Below are positions 1 through 8,788 of a stretch of DNA of 64,000 bases, piece after piece; position 1 is the stretch's first letter; each line of letters starts with the position of its first letter. The notes beneath the pieces were generated by a model that did no database searches, was not told the DNA's origin, and saw only the letters and a list, made by a program, of their open reading frames with translations. The position numbers and the translations under genes were made by a program. Source of the stretch: a virus (Duplodnaviria; Caudoviricetes); the IMG/VR virus record IMGVR_UViG_2862281513_000001, positions 54,919-118,918 of that record. One strand, given 5' to 3'.

Positions 1-19
1 GCCCCGCCGTGTGCGGGGC
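1..19 (-). terminator. GC hairpin downstream of parB
   Basis: gccccgc-cgtgt-gcggggc. Confidence 0.5.
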
Positions 20-35
20 CCCTGCGCCTCCTGGG

Positions 36-1211
36 CTAGGAGGCGCTGGTCTCGGTGGTGTTGGTGGCCTCGGCGTCCGGGGCGACCCGGAGGGCACCCG
101 CGCGGACCGTGGCCGCGGTCGCCGCCTTGGCCAGGTTCTGGGACGCCTTCGTGGCCACCTGGCGCAGGTGGTCGATGCGCATCCGGTTGCCGGGGATCCC
201 GCCGTGCGCACCCGCGAGGAGGAGCGCCAGCTCGTCGGGGTCCATGCTGGCGATCTCCTGGAGGATCTCGCCGGCCGCGCCCAGCTTGCCGATCTTGCCA
301 ACCAGCTTGTTGCGGTCGCTCATGATCCGCTCACGCCGGTCGACGTCGGCCTCGGCCAGCTCCGGGAACATCGTGTCGTCGACCTTGCTCGGGTCGGCGT
401 CCTCGGCCAGGACGAACATGACGCTCTGGCTGGCCGCGTCCTGCTCCTCGGCCCGGACCCGCTGGCAGAAGCCCTCAGCATCCCTGATCGTCGCGAACTG
501 GCCCCGGCTCCAGCGGGCGAGGAACGCGTTCTGGTTGGCCGGGCTGATCTGCGCCGCGTACCAGGCCAGGCCGACCGGGACGTGGCCCTTGAGGAGCGCC
601 TCCTGCACGGCGGGCACGAGCTTGAGGAGCTGGAGCCGGTTGTCGACGTGGTTCCAGCTCTTGCCGATCCGCTTTGCCACCTCTTCGGGGGTGAGGCCGA
701 AGTCCACCAGCTTCTGGAACGCGTTGGCCTCCTCCAGCGGGGTCATGTCGGCCCGGCCGAGGTTCTCGGCGACCGACCGGGTGAAGCCCTCCAGCGTCTC
801 CGAGCCGCCTTCCAGGCCGTGCATCACCATCGCCGGGATCGTGGCCACGCCCGCCATCTGGGAGGCCCTCCAGCGGCGCTCACCGGAGATGAGCCGGTAC
901 TTGCCGCGGCTGATGTAGCGGACGGTGATGGCCTGCTGGACGCCGATTTCCTTGATGCTGTCGGCCAGCTCCTGGAGCTTCTCCTCGTCGAAGACCTCGC
1001 GGGGCTGGTTCTCGTCCCGCTCGATGTTCTCGATTGGGAGGACCTTCAGCGTAGTCTTCAGCTCGGCCGGTGCCGCCGGGGCGGGGGCCGCGGCCTTCTT
1101 GGCCGGGGCCTTGCGGGCGGTGGGCGCCTTCTTGGCCGCGTCCTTCTTGGCGGGGGCCTTGCCGGTGGCCTTCTTGGCGGCCTTGGGGGTGGCGGTGGTG
1201 GTGGCGGTCAT
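36..1211 (-). CDS. parB: ParB/Spo0J family protein
   Basis: QPRxxF, ISGERRWRA arginine patch, ENLGRADMTPLEEA, HTH; Lys/Ala-rich N-terminus; start set at the GGAGGG RBS. Confidence 0.9.
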   Translation of the reverse strand: MTATTTATPKAAKKATGKAPAKKDAAKKAPTARKAPAKKAAAPAPAAPAELKTTLKVLPIENIERDENQPREVFDEEKLQELADSIKEIGVQQAITVRYISRGKYRLISGERRWRASQMAGVATIPAMVMHGLEGGSETLEGFTRSVAENLGRADMTPLEEANAFQKLVDFGLTPEEVAKRIGKSWNHVDNRLQLLKLVPAVQEALLKGHVPVGLAWYAAQISPANQNAFLARWSRGQFATIRDAEGFCQRVRAEEQDAASQSVMFVLAEDADPSKVDDTMFPELAEADVDRRERIMSDRNKLVGKIGKLGAAGEILQEIASMDPDELALLLAGAHGGIPGNRMRIDHLRQVATKASQNLAKAATAATVRAGALRVAPDAEATNTTETSAS

Positions 1212-1235
1212 GGTGCCCTCCGTGGTGAGTGGGTG

Positions 1236-1332
1236 GGTGGTGTGTCGTGCATTCATCATTGACCAAGAGCTTCGGGATAACCTCGGTTTACCGATTGATT
1301 TGGTCAAGGGATCGGCAAGTATGCCCAGGTCA
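1236..1332 (-). repeat. Array repeat R1
   Basis: ggtggtgtgtcgtgcattcatcattgacc-N37-ggtcaagggatcggcaagtatgcccaggtca. Confidence 0.95.
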
Positions 1333-1380
1333 GGGCCTTGCCGGGGGCCGCCCGCCCGAGGGCAGGCGGCCCGCCGTCCG

Positions 1381-1695
1381 CTAGATGAAGCGGGCCAGCT
1401 CGCGGGCCCCGCGGGTGATGATGTTGTCCTCGCCGCCCCGGAGCAGGGCGCGGGTGGCGGCCATCAGGTCGCGGCGGGCCTGCTCGCGGTGCGCGATGGC
1501 CTCCCGACGGATCTTCTCGCCGGCCGCGATCAGCCGCTCGGCGTCCAGCTGGCCCTTGGTGACGCTGCGGCGGATCTCGCACGCCCAGGCGACCTGCTCG
1601 CTGCGGATCAGGCGCTTGACGAGGTCGAGCGCATCGTCCGCGTCGCCCGCGCCCGCGATCAGCTCGGTCTCTTCGAGGAGGGTAGCGAGGTCCAT
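1381..1695 (-). CDS. Hypothetical protein (helical, 104 aa)
   Basis: ORF with RBS after R2 and hairpin after the stop. Confidence 0.7.
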   Translation of the reverse strand: MDLATLLEETELIAGAGDADDALDLVKRLIRSEQVAWACEIRRSVTKGQLDAERLIAAGEKIRREAIAHREQARRDLMAATRALLRGGEDNIITRGARELARFI

Positions 1696-1714
1696 CGTGC
1701 ACTCCCTGGTGGGT

Positions 1715-1811
1715 GGTGGTGTGTCCTGCATTCATCCTTCCGCCAACCCTCCGGGCCAACCTCGTTATCCCGGGAAGTTTGGTCAAGGAATCGTCAGGAA
1801 ACCGCAGGTCA
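1715..1811 (-). repeat. Array repeat R2
   Basis: aacctcgttatcccgggaagtttggtcaaggaatcgtcaggaaaccgcaggtca; supplies the upstream stop. Confidence 0.95.
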
Positions 1812-2471
1812 GAGGCCGAACAACCCGTCCTGTACCGGCTCGGCGACCGGCGCCGTGGCGGGCTTGCCGTGGACCAGGTGCTCGGCGACCGTCCATCCGG
1901 TCCACGCGGGCGGCGTCTCGCCTCGCCGGCTGCTGTTGCCGGTGAGGACGAGCAGGTCGGCGCGGGCGAGGTGGACCGTGCCGTCGAGGATCAGCCACAC
2001 CTCGCAGCGGGGCAGGCCGAGCGCGGTGATCATGGCCAGGTGGTGGATGTCGCCCCATCCGGCGTGCAGTGCACCAGGAGCGACCCAGACCCACGTGCCG
2101 AGGTTCACGTCGCCCGGTCCGGCCGGGGTGTGCCGGTAGGGCGGGCGCTGCCGTACAGGCCGCGGTGGCTTCGGCGGGTAGAAGTGGCTCGGCGGGTAGT
2201 GCGGCTGGCGGGCCTCTTTGAGTTCGGCGGCCTGCCACCGGGTGACGTCGGCCGGGGTGTAGCAGAGGGGGCCGACGTGCCACTTGCGGGGCGTCGTCTT
2301 GTCCCGCCAGACGGCCGCGCCGCAGGTGCAGCGGCTTTCCGACAGGTGCTCTCGTGCGGGTCCGCAGGGCCAGGCGGTGTTGCACGGGCGGCAGGCCGGC
2401 TGGCCGCTGTCCAGGCCGTGCGGGAGGTGGTGGTCGGGCAGGCGGATCGGCCGGATCGTCCAGGGCCTCAC
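1809..2471 (-). CDS. Hypothetical Cys-rich protein
   Basis: GTG start after GAAAGGA; CxxC..WPC motif; stop inside R2. Confidence 0.6.
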   Translation of the reverse strand: MRPWTIRPIRLPDHHLPHGLDSGQPACRPCNTAWPCGPAREHLSESRCTCGAAVWRDKTTPRKWHVGPLCYTPADVTRWQAAELKEARQPHYPPSHFYPPKPPRPVRQRPPYRHTPAGPGDVNLGTWVWVAPGALHAGWGDIHHLAMITALGLPRCEVWLILDGTVHLARADLLVLTGNSSRRGETPPAWTGWTVAEHLVHGKPATAPVAEPVQDGLFGL

Positions 2472-2551
2472 TGGGGCGTCCTTTCCGGGTGCGGTGGGTG
2501 GAGGATGGGCGCGGGCCGGGGAGCGCTCCCTGCTCCCCGGCCCGCCGGCTG

Positions 2552-3250
2552 CTACTGGCTCAGGACGTGGACGGCCTTGCCCGGACGGCGGGGCGAGTAG
2601 CACAGGTACTCGCCCCATTCGTCGTTCACGCCCTTGCCGGTGCGGTCCCAGACGAGCGTCCGGTCGCACTGGGCGCACGTTCCGGCGTCCTCCCCCGGCC
2701 TGCCCTGCTGCGGGAGGGTGTTGAGGAGGCGGACGGCTTCGGGCAGGCAGGTCGCGGTGTGGACGGTGGCGGTGGGGTCGACGGGCGCCTGGTGCAGCTG
2801 CTCGGACGCGGTCGTGGCATCCGGGACGATCACGGTGGTGAGGCCGTCGGCGGCGGCGGCGTTGACGCTGGCGAGGATGCCCTCGGGGGCGCGCAGCCAG
2901 CCGGCCAGGTCGAGTTCGCCGGTTACCGCGATGCGGTCGAGGGCCCCCTCGTGGATGTGGCCGGCCGCGGCGAGGATGGCGCAGGCGATGGCGAGGTCGG
3001 ACAGGGTGCCGTACGGGCGGTGGTCGTCCCGGGTGACCTGCACGTTGACGGTGCCGTCGGGCCACTCGTAGCCGCTGTTGATGAGGGCCGCGCGGATGCG
3101 GTCGCGGGTCTCGCGCTCGTGGTCGACGCCGAGGATGACGCTGGCGTCGGGGGCGTCGGGCCAGATCCGGGCGAGGACCGTTGCGATGCCGTCGGCGGTG
3201 CCGACCCGGGCGGTCGCGCGGCGTTCGGTGGGGGTGCGGCTGTCGTTCAT
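2552..3250 (-). CDS. Stand-alone ComM/YifB (ChlI/LonC-like) N-terminal domain with C-terminal Cys motif
   Basis: RETRDRIRAALINSGYEWP, DLAIACAILAA, GELDLAG, VIVP; no AAA+ domain. Confidence 0.75.
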   Translation of the reverse strand: MNDSRTPTERRATARVGTADGIATVLARIWPDAPDASVILGVDHERETRDRIRAALINSGYEWPDGTVNVQVTRDDHRPYGTLSDLAIACAILAAAGHIHEGALDRIAVTGELDLAGWLRAPEGILASVNAAAADGLTTVIVPDATTASEQLHQAPVDPTATVHTATCLPEAVRLLNTLPQQGRPGEDAGTCAQCDRTLVWDRTGKGVNDEWGEYLCYSPRRPGKAVHVLSQ

Positions 3251-3374
3251 GGCGGTGGCCTTTCTGGTGAGCGGAGGCGCCGGGGTGGCGGTTCCGGGGC
3301 GGGCGGCGCGCACCAGGCCCGTGGGCCTGTCGCGCCGCCCGCCCCGGGGGCGGCCGGCCGGCCGCCCGGCCGGG

Positions 3375-3590
3375 TCAGAAGCCGAACTCGCAGTACTCGC
3401 AGAACGTCGTCCGCACCTCCCCCTTGTTGTTGGTGAGCGGGACCAGGTCCTCGCCGCAGTCGCCGCAGACGCCGAAGTCGGTGACCGGCAGGGGGGTGCT
3501 GACGGGCGCCGCCGGGAGGACGGGCGCGGGGCTGACGTTGACCGTCGCGGTGACCGTGCCGGTGCTGTTGCTGATGAGGAGGATCGCCAT
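3375..3590 (-). CDS. Small zinc-ribbon protein (paralog of 25950-26150)
   Basis: CGDC...FCEYC. Confidence 0.65.
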   Translation of the reverse strand: MAILLISNSTGTVTATVNVSPAPVLPAAPVSTPLPVTDFGVCGDCGEDLVPLTNNKGEVRTTFCEYCEFGF

Positions 3591-3609
3591 CGGGTGCTCC
3601 CTGGTGGTT

Positions 3610-3710
3610 GGTGGTGTGTTGTCCTGCATTCATCCTTCCACCACCCTCCCGGGATAACCTCGTTATCCCGGGAAGTTTGGTCAAGGAATCGTCAGTGAAA
3701 CCGCAGGTCA
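3610..3710 (-). repeat. Array repeat R3
   Basis: Perfect tcccgggataac-ctc-gttatcccggga core; supplies the upstream stop. Confidence 0.95.
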
Positions 3711-4499
3711 GCCCTCCTCGGCGAGCAGCTGGAGGGCGGTGACCGCGGCGGTCAGTCGGCGGGCGCCGATGACGTCGAGCTTGAGCCCCAGGGCGAGGAC
3801 GTCGCGGACCTGGTCGGTGGGGACGATGACGGTGCGGTAGCCGTTGGCGTGGGCGGTTCGGGCCGCGTCGTCGATTCCGGGCAGTGCCTCGACCGCGCCG
3901 CTGTGGCTGTTCAGCTCGCCGAGGAGCACGGCCTGGTCGAGGGCGCGCGGGTCGAGCTGGCCGCTGGCCGCGAGGAGGGCGCAGGCGGCCGCGAGGTCGA
4001 GGGTGCTGGTGACGTTGCGGTGATGGTCGATGCGGACAGACACCGCACCGCCGGGGAAGGTGAAGCCGCTGCGGGTGATCGCGTCGCGGATCCGGACGTC
4101 TGCCGTGCTGTCGTACTGGTTCCAGCCGGCGATCCGGAAGCTGTCCGCGCCGGGCCAGACCGTGGCCTCGACGAGCACCATGCCGGCCTTGGCGGCGCCG
4201 CTGGCGTGGGCGGCGGTGACGGCGAGGTTGCTGGTGTTGCTGTTCGGGGCGAGCGCGTACTCGGGGTTGCCGGATGCCTGCCGCAGGCCCTCGAGGAAGC
4301 TGTCGAGCGCCTCGGCCGCGGTGGCGCCCTTGATGATGTTGACCTCGCCGAGGGCGTCGGCCGCCTCGACGTCCAGCTCCTCGACGACGACCTGCCTGCG
4401 GGTGAGGTCGACGGGGGCGGGCGCGATGTCCCACAGGGTGTAGCTGGCTGCGTCGACGCGGCCGACGATGATGAACTCGGGGGTCCGGGTGGCGGTCAT
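3708..4499 (-). CDS. Second stand-alone ComM/YifB N-terminal-domain protein
   Basis: RIRDAITRSGFTFP, LDLAAACALLAASG, LLGEL, VIVP. Confidence 0.75.
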   Translation of the reverse strand: MTATRTPEFIIVGRVDAASYTLWDIAPAPVDLTRRQVVVEELDVEAADALGEVNIIKGATAAEALDSFLEGLRQASGNPEYALAPNSNTSNLAVTAAHASGAAKAGMVLVEATVWPGADSFRIAGWNQYDSTADVRIRDAITRSGFTFPGGAVSVRIDHHRNVTSTLDLAAACALLAASGQLDPRALDQAVLLGELNSHSGAVEALPGIDDAARTAHANGYRTVIVPTDQVRDVLALGLKLDVIGARRLTAAVTALQLLAEEG

Positions 4500-4562
4500 G
4501 GCTGTCTCCTTGGTGGTGAGGTGGGGGCGGGCTGGGGGCGGCCGGCCGGCCGCCCCGGCGGT

Positions 4563-4835
4563 TCAGGACTTGCGGCGGTTGATCTGGTGGAGGGTGACGC
4601 CCTCGGCGGCCAGGGCCCGGCAGATGTTGCCGCGCACCCACCCGCCCCAGCCGTCCGACTCGTACTCGGCGAGGAACTGTCGCCGCTTGGGGTTGGCCGT
4701 GTTCGGGCTGAACGTGGCCGCCAGCTCGTAGGCCAGGACTCGGGTGCTCCACGGGCCTTCGAACAGCTCGTCGGAGATCGCGTTGTCCTCCAGGTCCCAG
4801 TACCGGTGGAGGAGGGGGGTCTGGGTCTGGTCCAT
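4563..4835 (-). CDS. Hypothetical protein
   Basis: ORF directly after R4. Confidence 0.65.
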   Translation of the reverse strand: MDQTQTPLLHRYWDLEDNAISDELFEGPWSTRVLAYELAATFSPNTANPKRRQFLAEYESDGWGGWVRGNICRALAAEGVTLHQINRRKS

Positions 4836-4860
4836 GGCTGGCGCTCCGTCCCTGGTGGGT

Positions 4861-4958
4861 GGTGGTGTGTCGTGCATTCATCATTGGCCAAACCCACCCG
4901 GTTAACCTCCCTAGCCGGGCGGATTTGGTCAAGAGATCGACAAGAAAACCGCTGGTCA
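4861..4958 (-). repeat. Array repeat R4
   Basis: Matches consensus; supplies the methyltransferase stop. Confidence 0.95.
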
Positions 4959-6755
4959 GGCGGCCAGGTCGTAGCGGCTGATCTCCTCGCCGGTGATGCA
5001 CTCGGCGAGCATGCAGATCAGCACCTCCGACGCGTTCGGGGTGACCGCGTTGCCCAGCTGGCGGACGCGGTCGCGCTTCGAGCCGAGCACCACGTAGTCG
5101 TCGGCGAAGGCCATCGCGCGCTGGATCTCGTGGGGCTGGAGCATCCGGAACAGGACGTCTTCGATCTTGATGTCGCCCTGGACGAGGGCGAAGCGGTCGC
5201 GGGTGGAGAGGGCGCCGACGGGCTCGCTGACCGGGCGCGGGGTCCCGTTGCCGTAGTACGGGGCCAGGAAGGGTTCCCAGGTGACGAGGGACTGGTGGCC
5301 GGTGGTGGTGAGGGTCCGCATCGGCTCGGCCAGGTCGGTGCAGTGTTCGCCGCCGTCGCCGGTGGAGCCGTTGTTCCGCATCATCATGCCCGGCATCGGG
5401 ACGGCGGCCAGGCCGTGGTGGTTGCCGCTGGCGCAGACCGTGGCGAGCGGGTCGGTGATGGCGCGGACGTCGCTGGAGCCGCCCCGGATCTCGGTGATGA
5501 ACGGCAGCCACGCGAGCCCGGCCTCGGCCCTGGCGGTCTGGGTCTGCATCGGCCCGTAGATCGTGCGGGCGTTCTTGCCTTCGCGGCCGTCGCAGGGGAC
5601 GAGCAGCGGCGGTACTGCGAGCGCGTCGTTCTCGCGGGTGGTGCGGGTCGGCATCGGCTCCAGCAGGTCGGTGGCCGCGTCGCGCCAGGTGCCGCCGGTG
5701 GGCACCATCAGCGGGCGGGCGAACTTGTCCAGCCCGGCCTGGATGCGCCGCATCGTCTTCTCCGCCAGCGGCGTCTTGCGGTCGCCGATCCGACCGCCGG
5801 GGATCGACCAGTCGATGGCGGCCGCCGCGGGGATCGTCTCGGGCTCCACGATCTGGTGGCCGCACTTGGTGTTCGGGCACCGGTAGTCGTACTGGCTCTT
5901 GTACCGGCCCATGTCGACGCCGGGCTTGCGGAACACCTGTCGGGCCTTGACCATCTGGTCGCAGCCGGTGCAGAACGCCGAGGGGGCGAGCCACTTCTCG
6001 AAGTTCGGGTTCCGGCCGAGGCTGGCGTGCCAGTACACGAAGTACAGCCGGTCACGGGACTGCGGGGCGCGGTGGACGCTGCGCGGGTCGGCGTGCATCG
6101 AGTTCAGCGCGACCAGCTTGGTCCGGTAGCCCAGCTTGTGGAACTCCGCCACCCAGCGGTCCCACTCGGCCCACTGCCGGACGTCGACCACGTTCTCGAC
6201 GACGCCCGCCTTGACGAGCCCGCCGCGCTCCTGGACGCCGCGCAGGTAGAGCGGGATCTCCTCCATCAGCGCCCGGCTGGCCTGCTCCTCCTCGGTGGGG
6301 CCGCCGCTGTCGCGCTCTTCCTCGGTCTGGAACTTCTCCTCCTCCAGCTCCGCGTACAGGTCGAGGAGGTCGCCCTGGACGGCCTTCGCGAAGTCCCGCT
6401 TCTTGCCCTGGGCGATCGACCACTTGGTGCACTCGGGCGAGCCCCAGTGGATGTCGGTGATCGGCCAGGCCCAGACCGGGGCCTTGCGGATGTCGCCGAT
6501 GTAGTGCGCGACGCCGGGGAAGTTCCGCTCGTGGCTCTCGATCGCGCGCTTCCAGTGGTTCGCGGCCCGGGTCACCTTGACGTTCGGGACGGCGTCCGCG
6601 CCCTGGGTGGAGCCGCCTGCGCCGCAGAACCAGTCCATGACGCTCAGTTCGGTGCCGTCGTGCCTGTACGCCTTGACTCGCCGGCGGCGGGCGTACGTCT
6701 GGGCGCCGCTGGAGGCCGAGGCCATCGCGCGGGTGGTGGAGGAGATGTAAGGCAT
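4956..6755 (-). CDS. DNA (cytosine-5)-methyltransferase, orphan
   Basis: FCGAGG (I), GSPEC (IV), ENV (VI), PQSRDR (VIII), QLGNAV (X). Confidence 0.9.
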   Translation of the reverse strand: MPYISSTTRAMASASSGAQTYARRRRVKAYRHDGTELSVMDWFCGAGGSTQGADAVPNVKVTRAANHWKRAIESHERNFPGVAHYIGDIRKAPVWAWPITDIHWGSPECTKWSIAQGKKRDFAKAVQGDLLDLYAELEEEKFQTEEERDSGGPTEEEQASRALMEEIPLYLRGVQERGGLVKAGVVENVVDVRQWAEWDRWVAEFHKLGYRTKLVALNSMHADPRSVHRAPQSRDRLYFVYWHASLGRNPNFEKWLAPSAFCTGCDQMVKARQVFRKPGVDMGRYKSQYDYRCPNTKCGHQIVEPETIPAAAAIDWSIPGGRIGDRKTPLAEKTMRRIQAGLDKFARPLMVPTGGTWRDAATDLLEPMPTRTTRENDALAVPPLLVPCDGREGKNARTIYGPMQTQTARAEAGLAWLPFITEIRGGSSDVRAITDPLATVCASGNHHGLAAVPMPGMMMRNNGSTGDGGEHCTDLAEPMRTLTTTGHQSLVTWEPFLAPYYGNGTPRPVSEPVGALSTRDRFALVQGDIKIEDVLFRMLQPHEIQRAMAFADDYVVLGSKRDRVRQLGNAVTPNASEVLICMLAECITGEEISRYDLAA

Positions 6756-6776
6756 GCGGTCCGTCCCTTCGGGTGG

Positions 6777-6874
6777 GGTGGTGTGTCGTGCATTCATCAT
6801 TGACCCCACCCCCCGGGATAATCGCGTTATCCCGGGGAGTTTGGTCAAAGAATCGTCAGGAAAGCCGCAGGTCA
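6777..6874 (-). repeat. Array repeat R5
   Basis: ttgacc-ccacc-ccccgggataa-tcgcg-ttatcccgggg-agttt-ggtcaa. Confidence 0.95.
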
Positions 6875-7759
6875 GACGCCGTCCGGCTGGAACGGGATCT
6901 GCGGGTGCCCGTCCTTATCCAGCGCGTACCAGCACCACTCGAAGTGGCCGCCGATGCAGTAGCGGCCGTCCTCGTTCGGCCAGATCGCCCGGACCGACTT
7001 CTCTCGCCTTGTGCCGCCGAGGTACATCCAGCCGATTTCGAGCACGACGACTTCGGCACGGCTGTCGACCGTGCCGTCCAGGACGTGGATGGTGTTCACG
7101 AAGCCGTGCCCGTAGCGGGCGGCCTCGGCCTGGGTCTCGGCCGCGATGATCCGGACGGTGGGGAGGTCGAACCACGGCCGTACGAAGCCGTCGCGCTGGT
7201 CGGCCGGGTCGACGAGGGCCGGGTAGCGGTCGCGCTCGTTCGCGCACACCATGACCTCGACCATGGAGCTCGGGACTGCGTCCGGGGCGTCCGCGCCGGA
7301 CGGGTCGAGGGTGAGGGAGGCCGCGCGCGGGAGGTCGAGCGACCAGACCGGCCGGCCGTCCCGGCCGGGCAGCTCCTCGCACAGCGGGCTCCAGACGTCG
7401 CGCGTACTGTCGCCCAGGTACGCCGTCCAGCCGCCGAGGTCATGCAGGGCGTTCCCGGCCTCGGTCTCGCCGACGTCCTCGGTGAAGGTCCGCTCGTCAC
7501 CGGCGGCCGTCCAGTAGCGGCCGGTGGGAAACAGCGAGTCCTTGCCTTCGGTCAGTTCGAGCCGTGCGGCGTCGAACGGGGCGTCGGGCTGGTGGCCGGT
7601 GAGGATGTCGCGGACGGCCGCCGCGGTGACGACGAGCATGACGCGGCCGAGCTGCTCGTGCGTGGTGCGGTTGTCGTTGAGGGCCTGGTCGACGGCCTCG
7701 GCGAGTGCCTGGCTGGCGGGCAGTTCGTAGGCGGGGCGGGTAGGGGTCTGGCGTTCCAT
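6872..7759 (-). CDS. Hypothetical protein; C-terminal domain shared with 8789-9847
   Basis: GFVRPWFDL...WMYL...DGRYCIGGHFEWCW. Confidence 0.7.
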   Translation of the reverse strand: MERQTPTRPAYELPASQALAEAVDQALNDNRTTHEQLGRVMLVVTAAAVRDILTGHQPDAPFDAARLELTEGKDSLFPTGRYWTAAGDERTFTEDVGETEAGNALHDLGGWTAYLGDSTRDVWSPLCEELPGRDGRPVWSLDLPRAASLTLDPSGADAPDAVPSSMVEVMVCANERDRYPALVDPADQRDGFVRPWFDLPTVRIIAAETQAEAARYGHGFVNTIHVLDGTVDSRAEVVVLEIGWMYLGGTRREKSVRAIWPNEDGRYCIGGHFEWCWYALDKDGHPQIPFQPDGV

Positions 7760-7777
7760 GCCGTGTCCGTTCTGTGT

Positions 7778-7874
7778 GGTGGGTGCTACGTCCTCGATCC
7801 TTGACCCCACCGGCCGGGTTAACCTCGTTATCCCGGCCGAGTTGGTCAAGGATTCGTCAGTGAGCTGCTGGTCA
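7778..7874 (-). repeat. Array repeat R6
   Basis: ttgacc..cggccgggttaacctcgttatcccggccg..ggtcaa..ctgctggtca. Confidence 0.9.
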
Positions 7875-8759
7875 GCAGGTGATGCCGTCGGCCAGGTACG
7901 AGCCGTCTTCGGCGACGCTCAGGGCGAACACCTCGGTCGCGGGGCCGCGCTCGACGCGGGTGGCGGGCAGCCACCGGTAGCCGTCGAAGTCGGGGCGCCG
8001 GCCGCCTTCGCTCCTCCAGCAGAGCTGCCATCCGATCTTGCCGGGCTTGCTGCTGTTGCTCAGTCCGCCGGGGAACCCGAGCGAGCAGACGAGGAGCCGC
8101 AGGCCGACCATGAACGCCTTGGAGTGCATGCGCACCTGGTTCTGCTGGCGGCGGGGGGCGTCGTTGACCAGGCCGACGAGGAATGCGATCCGCAGCGTCT
8201 CGGGCATCGTCAGCACCCAGGCCGGGAAGCGGCGACCGGCCCCGTACTGGCCGAAGTGCTCGGCGAGCCAGTCGACCAGCTCGGGCCGGACGGCGGCCGC
8301 GGCCGCGCCCTTGAGGCGGATCATCGCCCCGGCGGCGTGGAGGACGTCCACCAGGTCCGCGTCGGCGAGCGGGGCGGGCAGGTCGGGGATGGGCAGCGGC
8401 TCCCCGAAGTGGAGTGGCGTGGCCAGCCGGTGGCGGTCGGTCAGGTCGCGGGCCCTGGTCCAGCCAGCTGCCGACAGGTCCCCGGCCGGGCCGCCGTCCA
8501 GCAGGACGGGCGCGGTCCGCGTGTGGAAGGGATGGTCGGCGGTCGTGGCGAAGCCGCTGATGTACGAGGCGCAGTGGACGCGGACGGTCTCGGTGGTCGC
8601 GGTCATCGTCTCGGTGACCGGGCGCCACCGGCGCTCGTGGGTGAACACCTCGTCCCCGGGGGTGACGGTCTCGATGGGGACGATGCCGCGCAGGGTCAGG
8701 ATCATGGTCCCGGCCGGGAAGCCTTCGGGGGCGGGTGCCGGGGGGCTCTGGTTGTCCAT
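7872..8759 (-). CDS. Free-standing Hint/intein-like protein with LAGLIDADG remnant, splicing termini absent
   Basis: GFPAGTMILT..IVPIE..GDEV (block A), TTADHPF (block B), AFLVGLV, VFALSVAEDGSYLADGITC* (blocks F/G without HN). Confidence 0.8.
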   Translation of the reverse strand: MDNQSPPAPAPEGFPAGTMILTLRGIVPIETVTPGDEVFTHERRWRPVTETMTATTETVRVHCASYISGFATTADHPFHTRTAPVLLDGGPAGDLSAAGWTRARDLTDRHRLATPLHFGEPLPIPDLPAPLADADLVDVLHAAGAMIRLKGAAAAAVRPELVDWLAEHFGQYGAGRRFPAWVLTMPETLRIAFLVGLVNDAPRRQQNQVRMHSKAFMVGLRLLVCSLGFPGGLSNSSKPGKIGWQLCWRSEGGRRPDFDGYRWLPATRVERGPATEVFALSVAEDGSYLADGITC

Positions 8760-8788
8760 GTGAGGTCCCTTCTCGTGGGGCGGTGGGG

